A stretch of DNA of 64,000 nt from a virus: IMG/VR virus record IMGVR_UViG_3300048091_000425; one strand, written 5' to 3'. Below the pieces are notes generated by a model, which did no database searches, was not told where the DNA came from, and saw only the letters and a list, made by a program, of their open reading frames with translations. A program made the position numbers and the translations under genes. Positions 8,244-17,778 of the stretch are shown here, one piece after another. Position 1 is the stretch's first letter. Every line of letters starts with the position of its first letter.

Positions 8244-9092
8244 ATGCCACGGCAGTATCTAGACATGGATCACCTCATTAAACGCAACGGTCACCACAGC
8301 AGCGAGGCTGTTCCTTTTGCGATGGCGGCTGGAAATCCAGTCTATCCGTGGTGGGTTCAACATATGCGTGTCGCAGGTGATCGGGACGCTGGCCTCGTAC
8401 AAGACATGTGCAACAGCCACAAAAAGTGCACCGTGTTACTCATACTGGATGCGAGTACCCCTGAGCACCGCGAGGCGCACCTGGACATTGCTCGCACGGC
8501 GCTTGTTGATCGAGTGATTGCGGGCGTGCCTTTGGCCGAGCACATCACGGTGCTGGTGTTCGCCGAAGAGTCGGACTATCCCGAGCTTTTCTCTGATCCT
8601 GCTATCGCTGCCGTCGCTCCTACTTTGGAACGAAACGTCAAAGACTTGAACCGCCAGTTGGATGACTCGGTGACGTATGTGCTGAGTGTTAATCACGCCG
8701 ACGTCGCTTTACGTAAGGATCTGGCCGACGCCAGCGCTATGGCGTTGGAGTTGAGCGGGATCATCCGTGAGTACCAGGCGGCGCCCTCTGCTGGCACGCA
8801 AGGCCGACTAGCTCAGGCCGTTGCGCAGCGGCGACCTCTCTACCTTGAGCTTCAAGGTACGCATGCCAATATGGTCGGCGACGATATCGATGCCTACAGT
8901 GATCTGCAAAAGCACCTATCAAAGACTCGCCATCTCGCGCTGGAGCTCAATGCTGTGATTCGCGAGTTCCTCGGTATGCCCTGCAGCTCCCTTGAAAAAG
9001 ACATGTATCGGCTGTTGGATCGCTATAGCAGCCTCCTGAAGGTGCTTGAGCAGGAACAAGCCGACGACTCAGACAAGGTTTCGACGCTATGA
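8244..9092 (+). CDS. hypothetical protein
   Basis: 282-aa ORF; helical C-terminal half. Confidence 0.7.
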   Translation: MPRQYLDMDHLIKRNGHHSSEAVPFAMAAGNPVYPWWVQHMRVAGDRDAGLVQDMCNSHKKCTVLLILDASTPEHREAHLDIARTALVDRVIAGVPLAEHITVLVFAEESDYPELFSDPAIAAVAPTLERNVKDLNRQLDDSVTYVLSVNHADVALRKDLADASAMALELSGIIREYQAAPSAGTQGRLAQAVAQRRPLYLELQGTHANMVGDDIDAYSDLQKHLSKTRHLALELNAVIREFLGMPCSSLEKDMYRLLDRYSSLLKVLEQEQADDSDKVSTL

Positions 9093-9292
9093 GAACCACA
9101 GTTGACGTCCGTACCGTTGGGTGGCGAACCGACTGTGAGTACGAGGTAAAGGTCGACGATAGCTACCAGGACGACTCCGGGCAGACGATCTACGACTACA
9201 AGTGGGAAAGCCGATTGCGGTGCGAGGTCGAGAACGTCAACGCTAAGACCGACTACTGCAAGACCTGCGGCAAGCACCTGCTCTACCCCTAG
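9089..9292 (+). CDS. small hypothetical protein (zinc-ribbon-like)
   Basis: ATGA overlap with upstream gene; C-terminal CKTCG. Confidence 0.6.
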   Translation: MRTTVDVRTVGWRTDCEYEVKVDDSYQDDSGQTIYDYKWESRLRCEVENVNAKTDYCKTCGKHLLYP

Positions 9293-9332
9293 AATTTTCA
9301 AAGTAGCCAAATCTCAACACCAGGATGCAAAA

Positions 9333-9656
9333 ATGTTCCGCACCATCGTTGTTACCGTCACCAGCTCTAAACCTGACAATTTGTGCGGTTTGTATCAGAT
9401 CGACGGTATCGATCCTGAGTTGTCCGTTGGCCAAGTGGTAGACATCGCGCTTGAGTCCCTGATCGATTTCATTGGCTTGAACATTATGTTCGCCAACTAT
9501 GCGCTGAACGTGTTCGACCCTCAGGCCAAAGCCGAATTGACTGAACGCGTAGCCATCAAGTCCACCACCAGCCGCCCTTGCACCAAAGTCGCAGACGAAG
9601 TGCCCGAGTGGATCGCGAATATTCTCCAAGCCAAAGCGGCAGCTGCCCAAGCTTAA
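9333..9656 (+). CDS. hypothetical protein
   Basis: 107-aa ORF with upstream AGGA RBS. Confidence 0.6.
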   Translation: MFRTIVVTVTSSKPDNLCGLYQIDGIDPELSVGQVVDIALESLIDFIGLNIMFANYALNVFDPQAKAELTERVAIKSTTSRPCTKVADEVPEWIANILQAKAAAAQA

Positions 9657-9680
9657 TCACCCAATACATCAGGAGGTTGT

Positions 9681-10157
9681 ATGAGCACTATCCGTGGCAT
9701 CGAACAGGCCTACATCAAGACCAACAAGCGCGGCTGGCCGAATGTGTACTGGGCACTGGATCTGCACGATACCTGCTTGCACGCGACGTACGCGGCGAAC
9801 GAACCTGCCTCGTATGAGTGGATCAACCCCTACGTCAAAGAAGCCCTGCAGCGCCTGGCCGCACACCCGGAAACCCACATCATCCTGTGGAGTTCGGTGC
9901 ACGACGCCGAGAAGGCCCATTACCTGAAGTTCTTCGAAGATGCGGGTATCCGCGTAGCCGGCTTCAACCACAACCCCTACGAAACAGGCAGCGATTCCTG
10001 CGGAGTAGCCGAGAAGTTCTATTTCTCGATCCTGGTCGACGACAAGGCCGGCTTCCACCATAGCGAATGGCTGCACATCCCGGACTTCGTTGATCAGATC
10101 CGTGCGAAGTATCCGCCGAAGCTTGCCGTTGAAACCGAAGTGGCAGATTTGGCCTAA
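9681..10157 (+). CDS. HAD-superfamily hydrolase-like protein (phage type)
   Basis: ALDLHDT (motif I variant), ILWSS (II), ILVDDKAGF (IV); AGGAGG RBS. Confidence 0.7.
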   Translation: MSTIRGIEQAYIKTNKRGWPNVYWALDLHDTCLHATYAANEPASYEWINPYVKEALQRLAAHPETHIILWSSVHDAEKAHYLKFFEDAGIRVAGFNHNPYETGSDSCGVAEKFYFSILVDDKAGFHHSEWLHIPDFVDQIRAKYPPKLAVETEVADLA

Positions 10158-10160
10158 GCG

Positions 10161-10427
10161 ATGATCGACCCAAATGCCGAACGCCACGCCCTGCCCCTGA
10201 CTCTCGATCAGTTGACGCTCGTTCAAGAAATTCTCGAGGCCTCTCCACGTTTGTATCAGCCAGAGGTCTCGAAAGTACTTGGCCAGGTGCAAAAGCTCCG
10301 CAAGCAGGTATTAGCTGATCGAGCGCGGATGGCGAACTGCAAACACGAGTTTATCGAGTTCACGTATGGCCCTTATTGTCATAAGTGCCGCATGCCGGAA
10401 CCGGTAGACCTGAACAGCCTATCGTAA
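10161..10427 (+). CDS. hypothetical protein
   Basis: 88-aa ORF with CKH...YCHKC at the C-terminus. Confidence 0.6.
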   Translation: MIDPNAERHALPLTLDQLTLVQEILEASPRLYQPEVSKVLGQVQKLRKQVLADRARMANCKHEFIEFTYGPYCHKCRMPEPVDLNSLS

Positions 10428-10444
10428 GGAAAGGAGCACCACCG

Positions 10445-11044
10445 ATGGACAACACCACCCCCATAAGCGTCGTTTTGCCGCCCGACATGCAAAATCGCAT
10501 GGAAACCTACCTGCGTGCCGAAATGGCCTACTTCGGTCTCTCGGATCACGACAGTGAGGGCGCGCACCGCACGGCGGCGGAAATCTATGAGGCCACCTGC
10601 CGAAAAGTCGCGATGGGGCTGGTGAACTTGCTGCCACCCGTGTCCACTATGACCGGCACGTTGGGTGAGGCGATTGTCGAAAGTCGACGCTTCACGCCAG
10701 CCTTGAATCATCCTGATCACGACGCAGTTCACGCCGAAGACCTTGAGGATGCCATTCAAGCTGAAGAAAAGAAGATCGCCGATGCCACCCGGCGTCTCGC
10801 CAAGCTCAAAGGCCAAATGGACGTAGTGAAACACCCGAAACTGAAGCGAGATTATCCAGGGAAGCGCGTGCGCACCCTTTCTGATCTGAAGAACGGTCTT
10901 GGCATTATCCCTGCCGGCTCGCTGGCGCTGATCAAAAGCCAAAGTCCGAAAGGCTCGTCGCTCGAGATCGATACCTGTGGCCACTGCGGCTTTAAGCCGA
11001 TCATCAGTGCTATTCAGCCTGCTGATATCGAGTTCGTAGAATGA
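10445..11044 (+). CDS. hypothetical protein with coiled coil and C-terminal CxxCG domain
   Basis: ATG at 10445 after AGGAG; TCGHCG motif; ATGA overlap with the next gene. Confidence 0.7.
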   Translation: MDNTTPISVVLPPDMQNRMETYLRAEMAYFGLSDHDSEGAHRTAAEIYEATCRKVAMGLVNLLPPVSTMTGTLGEAIVESRRFTPALNHPDHDAVHAEDLEDAIQAEEKKIADATRRLAKLKGQMDVVKHPKLKRDYPGKRVRTLSDLKNGLGIIPAGSLALIKSQSPKGSSLEIDTCGHCGFKPIISAIQPADIEFVE

Positions 11045-11568
11045 ACAGCAAGGCGCTCAAGATCGCGCAAGAGGCGCTCGATATCGCTTGGGATGGACGA
11101 CTGCCGGTTAATCCCGCGCTCCTTGCCAGCAAGCTCCTGGTCGACGTTAAAGACGCCGCTGGGGATGTGGTGAAGAGCACTATCGTTGTCCGTGGGGTTG
11201 CCGGCACAGAACTGTTGGGCGCCAGCAGCCAGGTCAGGCTTGAGCAGACGCCTGATGGCCTCAGATACCTCTGTGAGTACAACAGGGACGAGATCAGCTA
11301 CCGCAGCCGTTTCACTGTCGCACATGAAATCGGCCATATTCTTCTCGGGCACGTCCACGCGGGCGAAGCCATGCTGTGCCATCATGAATACGGCGATACC
11401 TCTCCGCAAATGACACAGGCCAACGCCTTCGCGGCGGCTCTGTTGATGCCTGAGCGTTTTTTGCGGCAGGTATTCGACGGCGTCAAATCCTTGCAGCAGA
11501 TGGCGGAGGTATTCGGCGTCTCGAACCAGGCCGCGAGCTACAGGATCAAGGCCCTGCGACTGCTGTAG
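11041..11568 (+). CDS. ImmA/IrrE-family metallopeptidase
   Basis: RSRFTVAHEIGHILL (HExxH), QANAFAAALLMP, and a C-terminal HTH-like AEVFGVSNQAASYRI. Confidence 0.9.
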   Translation: MNSKALKIAQEALDIAWDGRLPVNPALLASKLLVDVKDAAGDVVKSTIVVRGVAGTELLGASSQVRLEQTPDGLRYLCEYNRDEISYRSRFTVAHEIGHILLGHVHAGEAMLCHHEYGDTSPQMTQANAFAAALLMPERFLRQVFDGVKSLQQMAEVFGVSNQAASYRIKALRLL

Positions 11569-11570
11569 TA

Positions 11571-11765
11571 TCAGGTTGGCGGATAGTCGTTGTCTTTAAC
11601 TTGCTTGGCTTGGGCGAGATGAGCGCTCTGCTGACCCGTGCTGGTGCCGGCCTGGGCACTGACACGACTGTGGGATTTTTCGAGGCGGTCGGCGCCGTCA
11701 GAGGCGTAGGCGCCAGCGGACGTGACAGCGAGAATGGCGGCAAAGATACTGCGATACATGTTCAA
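11571..11765 (-). CDS. small secreted protein
   Basis: Sec signal peptide ending AYA/SDGADRL, as in small Pseudomonas periplasmic (PtrA-N-like) proteins; GGAG RBS. Confidence 0.6.
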   Translation of the reverse strand: MNMYRSIFAAILAVTSAGAYASDGADRLEKSHSRVSAQAGTSTGQQSAHLAQAKQVKDNDYPPT

Positions 11766-11917
11766 GCTCCGTTATTGCTCTTTGAAGCATCATCATATAA
11801 ACGCGACAAATAAATTAATCACTTATATCGCAAATCACTATTACCAAAAACGATACAAGTCTCGAAAAACTTGCAGCTTGACACCAATCTGCCTTCAGCA
11901 CTCGCTCCAGTGGTAGA

Positions 11918-13096
11918 ATGAGTCATTGGAAAGCCCAGTCCTACTGGCGGATGGCTCAAAGGTCAAAAATGCCTGAAACTCTCACAAAAAATAGAATCGA
12001 GAACCTCAAGAGCCTACTTGAGATTCATGATCTAACACCTCGCAAGCTATCTTTGACAGCTGGACTGGATGCATCCAGAGTCGGCTCAATACTGTCAGGC
12101 CGAAAAAACCTTTCTGATTCCGTGGCGAGAACCCTCGAAATTGCGCTTGATGTCCCTCCTAATATTCTGGATCAGTCAGCTTCGCTGCTGTTGGAATCAA
12201 AAGCGGCAGTTGAGCAAGAGCGTGCTCACGCCATCAATGCGTTTCTTGGTGATAGTCGCTGTATTAATCGCTACTGGAATGTTCGTGATCTAATGGAAAC
12301 AATGAAACCGGGTGAGTTCTCAACAAAGACCGGAATATTCCATGTTCATTGCTCGCAACTATTTTCAAAAAACCCTAGATATCGAGTTATAGATAGCAGA
12401 GCTAGATTGATTGAGGACGCTTTAGGGCTTACTCCACTTATCCTTGATAAAAGACATGAGTTAAACAACCTCGTTGAGCCACAACACATCGAAAGATTAT
12501 CCACTGAGACTATCGATATTCTCGGAACTGGCACGTACTTGAACCGCTACTTGAATATAAAAAATTACTTTTTGAGCAACCGTCTCACCTACAACCAGAT
12601 TGACACTATTGTGGGTTTTAAACTCAGAGCCTCGGAAAAGCTGGCAGATCCTCCTAAAAATGTGATCGACACTGACTCTGCGCGAGCCTTTGAGCGGCAT
12701 TTCAACCTGGAGCCAGGTGCTGTCGACCAGTTCGTCCCAGCTTTTGATTACGCTTCCCATCAATCGAGCTTCATCATCGGTGAGAAGGCCTTCAATGAAA
12801 TCAAGTCTGGTATTCCGTTGTACCGCTACGTGAACACCAAACGAATTTTGCATGAGCGCGGCATGGCGCTGATCGAATTTGTACCCATGCTTGAACGCAC
12901 CAAAGCCTTTGTTTTTGGGATGCTTTCTGACAGCGTAATCAGCAAAATTGGCGACCAGTCGGCCCGGCGTATTGAACAGGCGCTTGGCCTAAAGCCCCTG
13001 AGTTTGGACGTCCAAAAGACTTTCAGGGTTTTTAAGACTCCGCCTGGCTCCAAACACAATAGAGCCTTGTCGCCGGATACAGACCTTCAGCCGTAA
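11918..13096 (+). CDS. protein with four tandem XRE/Cro-like HTH repeats
   Basis: Four NR(I/Y)xN...AR.(L/I/F)E..(L/F).(L/V).P..(L/V)D units; start uncertain; lower GC than flanks. Confidence 0.75.
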   Translation: MSHWKAQSYWRMAQRSKMPETLTKNRIENLKSLLEIHDLTPRKLSLTAGLDASRVGSILSGRKNLSDSVARTLEIALDVPPNILDQSASLLLESKAAVEQERAHAINAFLGDSRCINRYWNVRDLMETMKPGEFSTKTGIFHVHCSQLFSKNPRYRVIDSRARLIEDALGLTPLILDKRHELNNLVEPQHIERLSTETIDILGTGTYLNRYLNIKNYFLSNRLTYNQIDTIVGFKLRASEKLADPPKNVIDTDSARAFERHFNLEPGAVDQFVPAFDYASHQSSFIIGEKAFNEIKSGIPLYRYVNTKRILHERGMALIEFVPMLERTKAFVFGMLSDSVISKIGDQSARRIEQALGLKPLSLDVQKTFRVFKTPPGSKHNRALSPDTDLQP

Positions 13097-13101
13097 TCGG
13101 C

Positions 13102-13125
13102 AAAAAACCGCCTTCTCGGCGGTTT
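13102..13125. terminator. bidirectional intrinsic terminator
   Basis: AAACCGCC-TTCTC-GGCGGTTT between convergent genes. Confidence 0.75.
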
Positions 13126-13175
13126 CTTATTGTCCGTATCAGCGGCCTACAGCACCGCCCCAGGCTTCGCGAGAC

Positions 13176-13778
13176 TCAATCCGCAACCTTGACCCGCTCC
13201 GGGTTCCACAAGCGCTCAGCGGCCCACAGAGGCTGTTTCCCCTGGAACACCTTGATCGCGGCGATGTAGGCGTCGTAGGTCTGCCGGTCGAACACTGTCC
13301 AGGCCTTACCCAGATTCTTGGCGGTCTCCAGCGCCGACTGAAACTTCTCCAGGTCTTCAGCCTGGTCGACTTTTTTGGAGGCAAACAATGCATCCAACAG
13401 CACCTTGTCGAGCGGAGGGTGCAAGGCGCGCACCTTCTCATGCTTCTCGAAGCCGGCGCAGACGATCTTCAACTTCAAGTACATGTTGACGAGCTTCTGA
13501 GCCCGGCCATAGGTGCATTGGAGCGGAACGACCTGCTTATCCTTGTTGGTGTAGCGGATCGGCAAGCTCGCGGCCATAACCTGGTGGATACGCTCATGAA
13601 TGAAGGCATCCATCTGGTCGGCGGCAGGCAGGTCATCCGGGGTGTTGATCTCGTTAAGTTTCGAGTTCTCGATCAGCTGACGAGCCACAGCAATTGTGTG
13701 GCCAGGCCCCTGGCGGGAGTAGGCACGACCCGCTCCCCAAACAGCCAACCGGTGACGGTGCTCGATAATGTCGTACAT
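13176..13778 (-). CDS. hypothetical protein
   Basis: ATG at 13778 with AAGGAG RBS; TYGRAQKLVNMYLK and HPPLD motifs. Confidence 0.75.
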   Translation of the reverse strand: MYDIIEHRHRLAVWGAGRAYSRQGPGHTIAVARQLIENSKLNEINTPDDLPAADQMDAFIHERIHQVMAASLPIRYTNKDKQVVPLQCTYGRAQKLVNMYLKLKIVCAGFEKHEKVRALHPPLDKVLLDALFASKKVDQAEDLEKFQSALETAKNLGKAWTVFDRQTYDAYIAAIKVFQGKQPLWAAERLWNPERVKVAD

Positions 13779-13840
13779 GGGCAACTCCTTTCTTGTGGCC
13801 ACCCCAGGGATTGGGGCGGACATCTCCTTGGTGGTGCGTC

Positions 13841-14089
13841 TTACTGCCCGCTGACGATAAGCTGAGCGCTATGTTCGATTATGTATTTGGTTCCATTCCG
13901 GTCAAAGAACTCGACCCACAACGGCGTCTCGCCCACGCGAAATACCTGCTGTGCAGTGCCGAAAATCCAATGCCCGGCACGCTCTCGACAGTCAAGCCGG
14001 CCAAGTGGCGCTTGGCGTATTTGGCCATTCTCAACAAAAGCGCGCCCAGTGACCGGGTACGTCAAGTCCAGCAATCGTTTGTCAATCAT
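13841..14089 (-). CDS. hypothetical protein
   Basis: 82-aa ORF in a minus-strand run. Confidence 0.55.
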   Translation of the reverse strand: MIDKRLLDLTYPVTGRAFVENGQIRQAPLGRLDCRERAGHWIFGTAQQVFRVGETPLWVEFFDRNGTKYIIEHSAQLIVSGQ

Positions 14090-14110
14090 GGAAATCCTTT
14101 GCTGGCGGGC

Positions 14111-14314
14111 TTAAACATACAGCCGCAGATCAATGTGGTTACCGTTCAGCGATTGGTGCACGGCGGTAAGGACGTCCAACTCCGCAATATGGCGGTTGCG
14201 CAGGACGACCACCTGAGGATTCTCGGAAGTTAGGTCGGCGATGACTGCCTTAAGGCGCAACATGGCTTGTTCGATGAGCTGAACGGCTTGCTTCGTGTTT
14301 GTTTGGTTGACCAT
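14111..14314 (-). CDS. hypothetical protein
   Basis: 67-aa helical ORF adjacent to 14317..14688. Confidence 0.55.
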   Translation of the reverse strand: MVNQTNTKQAVQLIEQAMLRLKAVIADLTSENPQVVVLRNRHIAELDVLTAVHQSLNGNHIDLRLYV

Positions 14315-14316
14315 GA

Positions 14317-14688
14317 TTATTGAGCAGCTCCAAAAGGCAAATGAAAAGTCGCCATTGCTTTCACCAAATCTAGGTTGGCCTCTTTGACCATATCGCCGAC
14401 CAGACGCATTTCGTGGGTCTGGAGCGTGATCCGATGGTTGCGCAGGTCACGCTGAACATCTGCAAACACATCCTGAATGAGGGTGAGCTCATCGAAGAAG
14501 CCCTCCCTACCCTGTTCCGTATGAAACTGGTGTTCCGCATTTGCGTTGCTGCGCTGGGCCTCCTCCACCTGGAATTCGCCGTAGCCCTTCAAATGGGCCA
14601 GGTAAATCATCAATTGCGGTTTGGTCACCGGCTTCTTGCTTAGCGCTTGCAGCAGGTTGGCCGGCGTTGGGGATTGGGTTGTCTGCAC
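14317..14688 (-). CDS. hypothetical protein
   Basis: 123-aa ORF; AAGGA upstream. Confidence 0.6.
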   Translation of the reverse strand: MQTTQSPTPANLLQALSKKPVTKPQLMIYLAHLKGYGEFQVEEAQRSNANAEHQFHTEQGREGFFDELTLIQDVFADVQRDLRNHRITLQTHEMRLVGDMVKEANLDLVKAMATFHLPFGAAQ

Positions 14689-14735
14689 GATGATTCCTTA
14701 TCATGTGGGTCGCAACCAGTGCGACTCTCGTACTG

Positions 14736-14762
14736 AAAAAGCCCGCAACGGAGGCGGGCTTT
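14736..14762 (-). terminator. intrinsic terminator
   Basis: AAAAAGCCCGC-N7-GCGGGCTTT just downstream of 14780..15166. Confidence 0.65.
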
Positions 14763-14779
14763 GGGAGCTAAGGCATAAC

Positions 14780-15166
14780 CTATTTCCAATAAATCAGGGT
14801 ATCAGGCGAGACCAGAACATCACCGCGATGAAGCACCAAAACACACTTGCCGGAGCGCTGTTCGCGCTCAATGAAACAGTCATGCACAGGGACGGTGTTG
14901 AAGCGGCCTTCGTTACATTCGTCTTGAACCAACAAATATGGCTCTCGACCTCCGTCGATTTGCGTACCACTGAGTTTTCCGCCAGCGACATAATCGGCTG
15001 CAGTTGTAGTGCGTCCCGACGTTGTGATGTCTTTGACGAGTGGGTCACCTTCACGAACAGGGCCAATTCGCTTTGCCAATGACAGACGAGCGCTACGCAC
15101 CGCAATTGCAGATCCAGCTGCGTATGCTGCCCGGCCTATTTCCTTGCGTTGCGACGTGCTTGGCAT
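14780..15166 (-). CDS. hypothetical protein
   Basis: 128-aa ORF followed by a terminator. Confidence 0.55.
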   Translation of the reverse strand: MPSTSQRKEIGRAAYAAGSAIAVRSARLSLAKRIGPVREGDPLVKDITTSGRTTTAADYVAGGKLSGTQIDGGREPYLLVQDECNEGRFNTVPVHDCFIEREQRSGKCVLVLHRGDVLVSPDTLIYWK

Positions 15167-15370
15167 ATCCCATCCCTCTTATTTCAAAATGGCCATGGAT
15201 TCTACCGTCGATGGCCTTTGCCGCCTGCTGAATATAGCCCAGTTCTGATAGCCATCCAATATTTATTTGTAATACATTTAATTAATGCAGAAACACGAAA
15301 GGATCCTTGCTTGTGTGAAAACGGATCCTCTATGCTGGATACAGAACGCCACTATTTAAAGAGAATTGTC

Positions 15371-16114
15371 ATGGCAGATCGTCCGCTGTTCGTTGTCGCT
15401 CTACCCCTCACCGCCAACACCGAATTGCACGCTGAGGACGCCGGCGCTGTTGGCGTTTATGAGCTGATCGCGGACACGTCCACTCCTAGCGGTGTAGCCG
15501 CTGCCAGCGCCCTGGAGTCGTTTCACACAAGAGTCGCCATCTCGTACCCTGAGGATTTTGTCATCAAAGTCGTCGACCCGATGGGAAGACGGGTGATCGA
15601 GCCAAGTGATGAAGACCAACCCTTGGTTCTACCATTCCAAAAAATCAGCTCTGTTGTTCGTGGCTGGATCGCAGACTTGGTCGATGGCGTAGAACCTATC
15701 GTAGAGACCCCTGGACACAGGAAGTCCACCGTGTTGGTTGTCGCAGTGCCTGTCCGGCCACAAGCGGAACTACACCCGTACGACAAGGGTGTTCGCGGTG
15801 TGTATTCGGTCGACATTACTGAATCCAATTTGACCGATGCCCAGAAGGCTGCAAGCGCTGTGAATTCCTTCCACCTCACCGTTGCGGTGGAGGTACCGGA
15901 GGACTTCCAGATCACGGTCGTTGATGCGTTCGATAAGATCCTGGAAGCGGGTGCAGAACCAGAGTCTCGTGCGTTCTACTGCGAGATAGTCACTTCGGGG
16001 ATATCAAAGGACATGCTGGCGCTGGTGGGCGCTCCAGTGATTGAGGAAAAACGTGAGAGCAAGCCAGCGGCTTCCCGCCGCGAAGACGACGACGACCTCT
16101 CCCCTAGCCTCTGA
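15371..16114 (+). CDS. hypothetical protein with two tandem homologous domains and acidic tail
   Basis: VVALP...ELH...GVY...AASA..SFH..VA...PEDF.I.VVD occurs twice; ends RREDDDDLSPSL. Confidence 0.75.
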   Translation: MADRPLFVVALPLTANTELHAEDAGAVGVYELIADTSTPSGVAAASALESFHTRVAISYPEDFVIKVVDPMGRRVIEPSDEDQPLVLPFQKISSVVRGWIADLVDGVEPIVETPGHRKSTVLVVAVPVRPQAELHPYDKGVRGVYSVDITESNLTDAQKAASAVNSFHLTVAVEVPEDFQITVVDAFDKILEAGAEPESRAFYCEIVTSGISKDMLALVGAPVIEEKRESKPAASRREDDDDLSPSL

Positions 16115-16127
16115 TTCCAGCAGTTAC

Positions 16128-16162
16128 AAAAAACCCCGCATGGCGCAAACCAGCGGGGTTTT
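16128..16162. terminator. bidirectional intrinsic terminator
   Basis: AAAACCCCGC...GCGGGGTTTT between convergent genes. Confidence 0.7.
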
Positions 16163-16288
16163 CTCTTTGTACCGGAGTCACACTTCTTTCGATGAGGACG
16201 GGCGCTTACACCAGCGTGCGGAACCTGTTGGAAGTATCCAGGTTAACACGGGAAACAATCCACATGAAATGCCTGGCACCGGCTTAAC

Positions 16289-16939
16289 TCATGGTCGCGG
16301 CCCTTCTTCCTCGCGATTTTGCCAATCCTCTTCGAAATTGATGTCCACCCCATCGGTCTCAGGAAAATAAGGCTCTTCCTCAAGATCAGGTGCTGGAGCA
16401 TCCAACGATTCCGCCTTTACAGCCGCGTACTCCTCTGGGTACTTCAGAATCAGCCGCGCTTTGCCGCGATCCATCGATTCTCCCAGTAAGTTGAGACCCT
16501 GCCACTTGGTCTTGTCGTGGATACGGGAGTCGGTGATACCCAGGCCGATGCCCCAGATTTTGTCGTTCTTGGCCGCTTCCACCATCAGGGTGTCGAGTGA
16601 CTTGAACAGATCCAGGCGCTCTTTCGGATTCTGATCGAACCTGGCAAAGACAATGGCATCTTGAATCCCGCTACGCCGGGCGACCCAAACCTCTTCAACA
16701 TAGCCCTTAACCTTGCGACCTAATGCCTTGTGATCACCAGGCCACTTCGCAGCCAGGATCTGATCTGCGATCTCTTTGTCCCCAAACAGCATGGCTTTTG
16801 AGAACATCATCGCCTGCTCGCCGCAGTTGAACTTATAGCCCTTGATGGTGAAATCCATCATGTACCAATTCGACGGTGGGCAGGTCTTGTCGTAGAAGAA
16901 CGTGTACTTCCCGACGGTTATCATGTTGCTCATTGGCAT
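16289..16939 (-). CDS. NADAR family protein (YbiA/RibX-like)
   Basis: SNWY...F.C.EQAMMFSKAMLFGD, KALGRKVKGY, LMVEAAKNDKIWGIGL, WQGLNLLG. Confidence 0.93.
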   Translation of the reverse strand: MPMSNMITVGKYTFFYDKTCPPSNWYMMDFTIKGYKFNCGEQAMMFSKAMLFGDKEIADQILAAKWPGDHKALGRKVKGYVEEVWVARRSGIQDAIVFARFDQNPKERLDLFKSLDTLMVEAAKNDKIWGIGLGITDSRIHDKTKWQGLNLLGESMDRGKARLILKYPEEYAAVKAESLDAPAPDLEEEPYFPETDGVDINFEEDWQNREEEGPRP

Positions 16940-17466
16940 GCCCTCTTTGGATCGTAGTCAGTCCCTTGCGCCAACCCGGCCTGCCAGGCCGCTGAGAGCG
17001 ATGGGTCGCGTTTGAAGAAGCTTGGGCAGTCAGTGCCCCTTTCGGAGAAGAACGCCATCCAGGTGACCTTATGGAGCACCTCGCGGTGACGCATGGCGGG
17101 AGGGATATGGCCTAGCTTGCGGCCCTCCACTCTCAGCACCTTGGCCACCGCCTGGTCAGCCAGGATCTGCATATTCCCTTTTTCGTACTGAGCACGCAGG
17201 TCGATCAGATCGTTCAGGGTGGGCTCGGTTGGCGCCGGTGGAAGATCGATCTTCGGGGTTTTCCAGGGCTCACCGCTGTACATCGAATCGCGAAAGCACT
17301 TGAACAGCCAGAGGTACTGGGGGCCGGCTTCCGTGGCGATCATCTGCAGCTTGTCGAGTGCGGCAACGCCGATGTTGTAGACCCTGGACTCGTCCGAAGC
17401 GCTGAAGAACCAGTCGGTGCTTTTGAGCTGGTGGTAGAACTGCGCAAGCGTAGGCTGCTGATTCAT
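16930..17466 (-). CDS. hypothetical protein
   Basis: 178-aa ORF overlapping the NADAR start. Confidence 0.7.
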   Translation of the reverse strand: MNQQPTLAQFYHQLKSTDWFFSASDESRVYNIGVAALDKLQMIATEAGPQYLWLFKCFRDSMYSGEPWKTPKIDLPPAPTEPTLNDLIDLRAQYEKGNMQILADQAVAKVLRVEGRKLGHIPPAMRHREVLHKVTWMAFFSERGTDCPSFFKRDPSLSAAWQAGLAQGTDYDPKRACQ

Positions 17467-17778
17467 GTATAACCCTGATGGTTCAGCCGCACCGCCCAGC
17501 GCCAGCAGAATCGTGGGCAGGCAGTCCTCAGAGCGTTGTAACGGCTGTGATGCGGTATTGATCTATCCATCATAGAGCGTGCGCCGGTACGGCATCAACT
17601 AGACAGGCCTCCAGATGAATCGTGTCAATTGACGCCACGTCAAGCAATTTAAGGCCTTTGTCGGCGCATTCCGATGAACGTGACCACAGCCATTAAAAAA
17701 AGTTCCAAACAAATTGCGCTATTGTTTGGCCATGGGTAGACTCCGCGCCCTCATTAAAGCACAACGCCATCTAAAATC

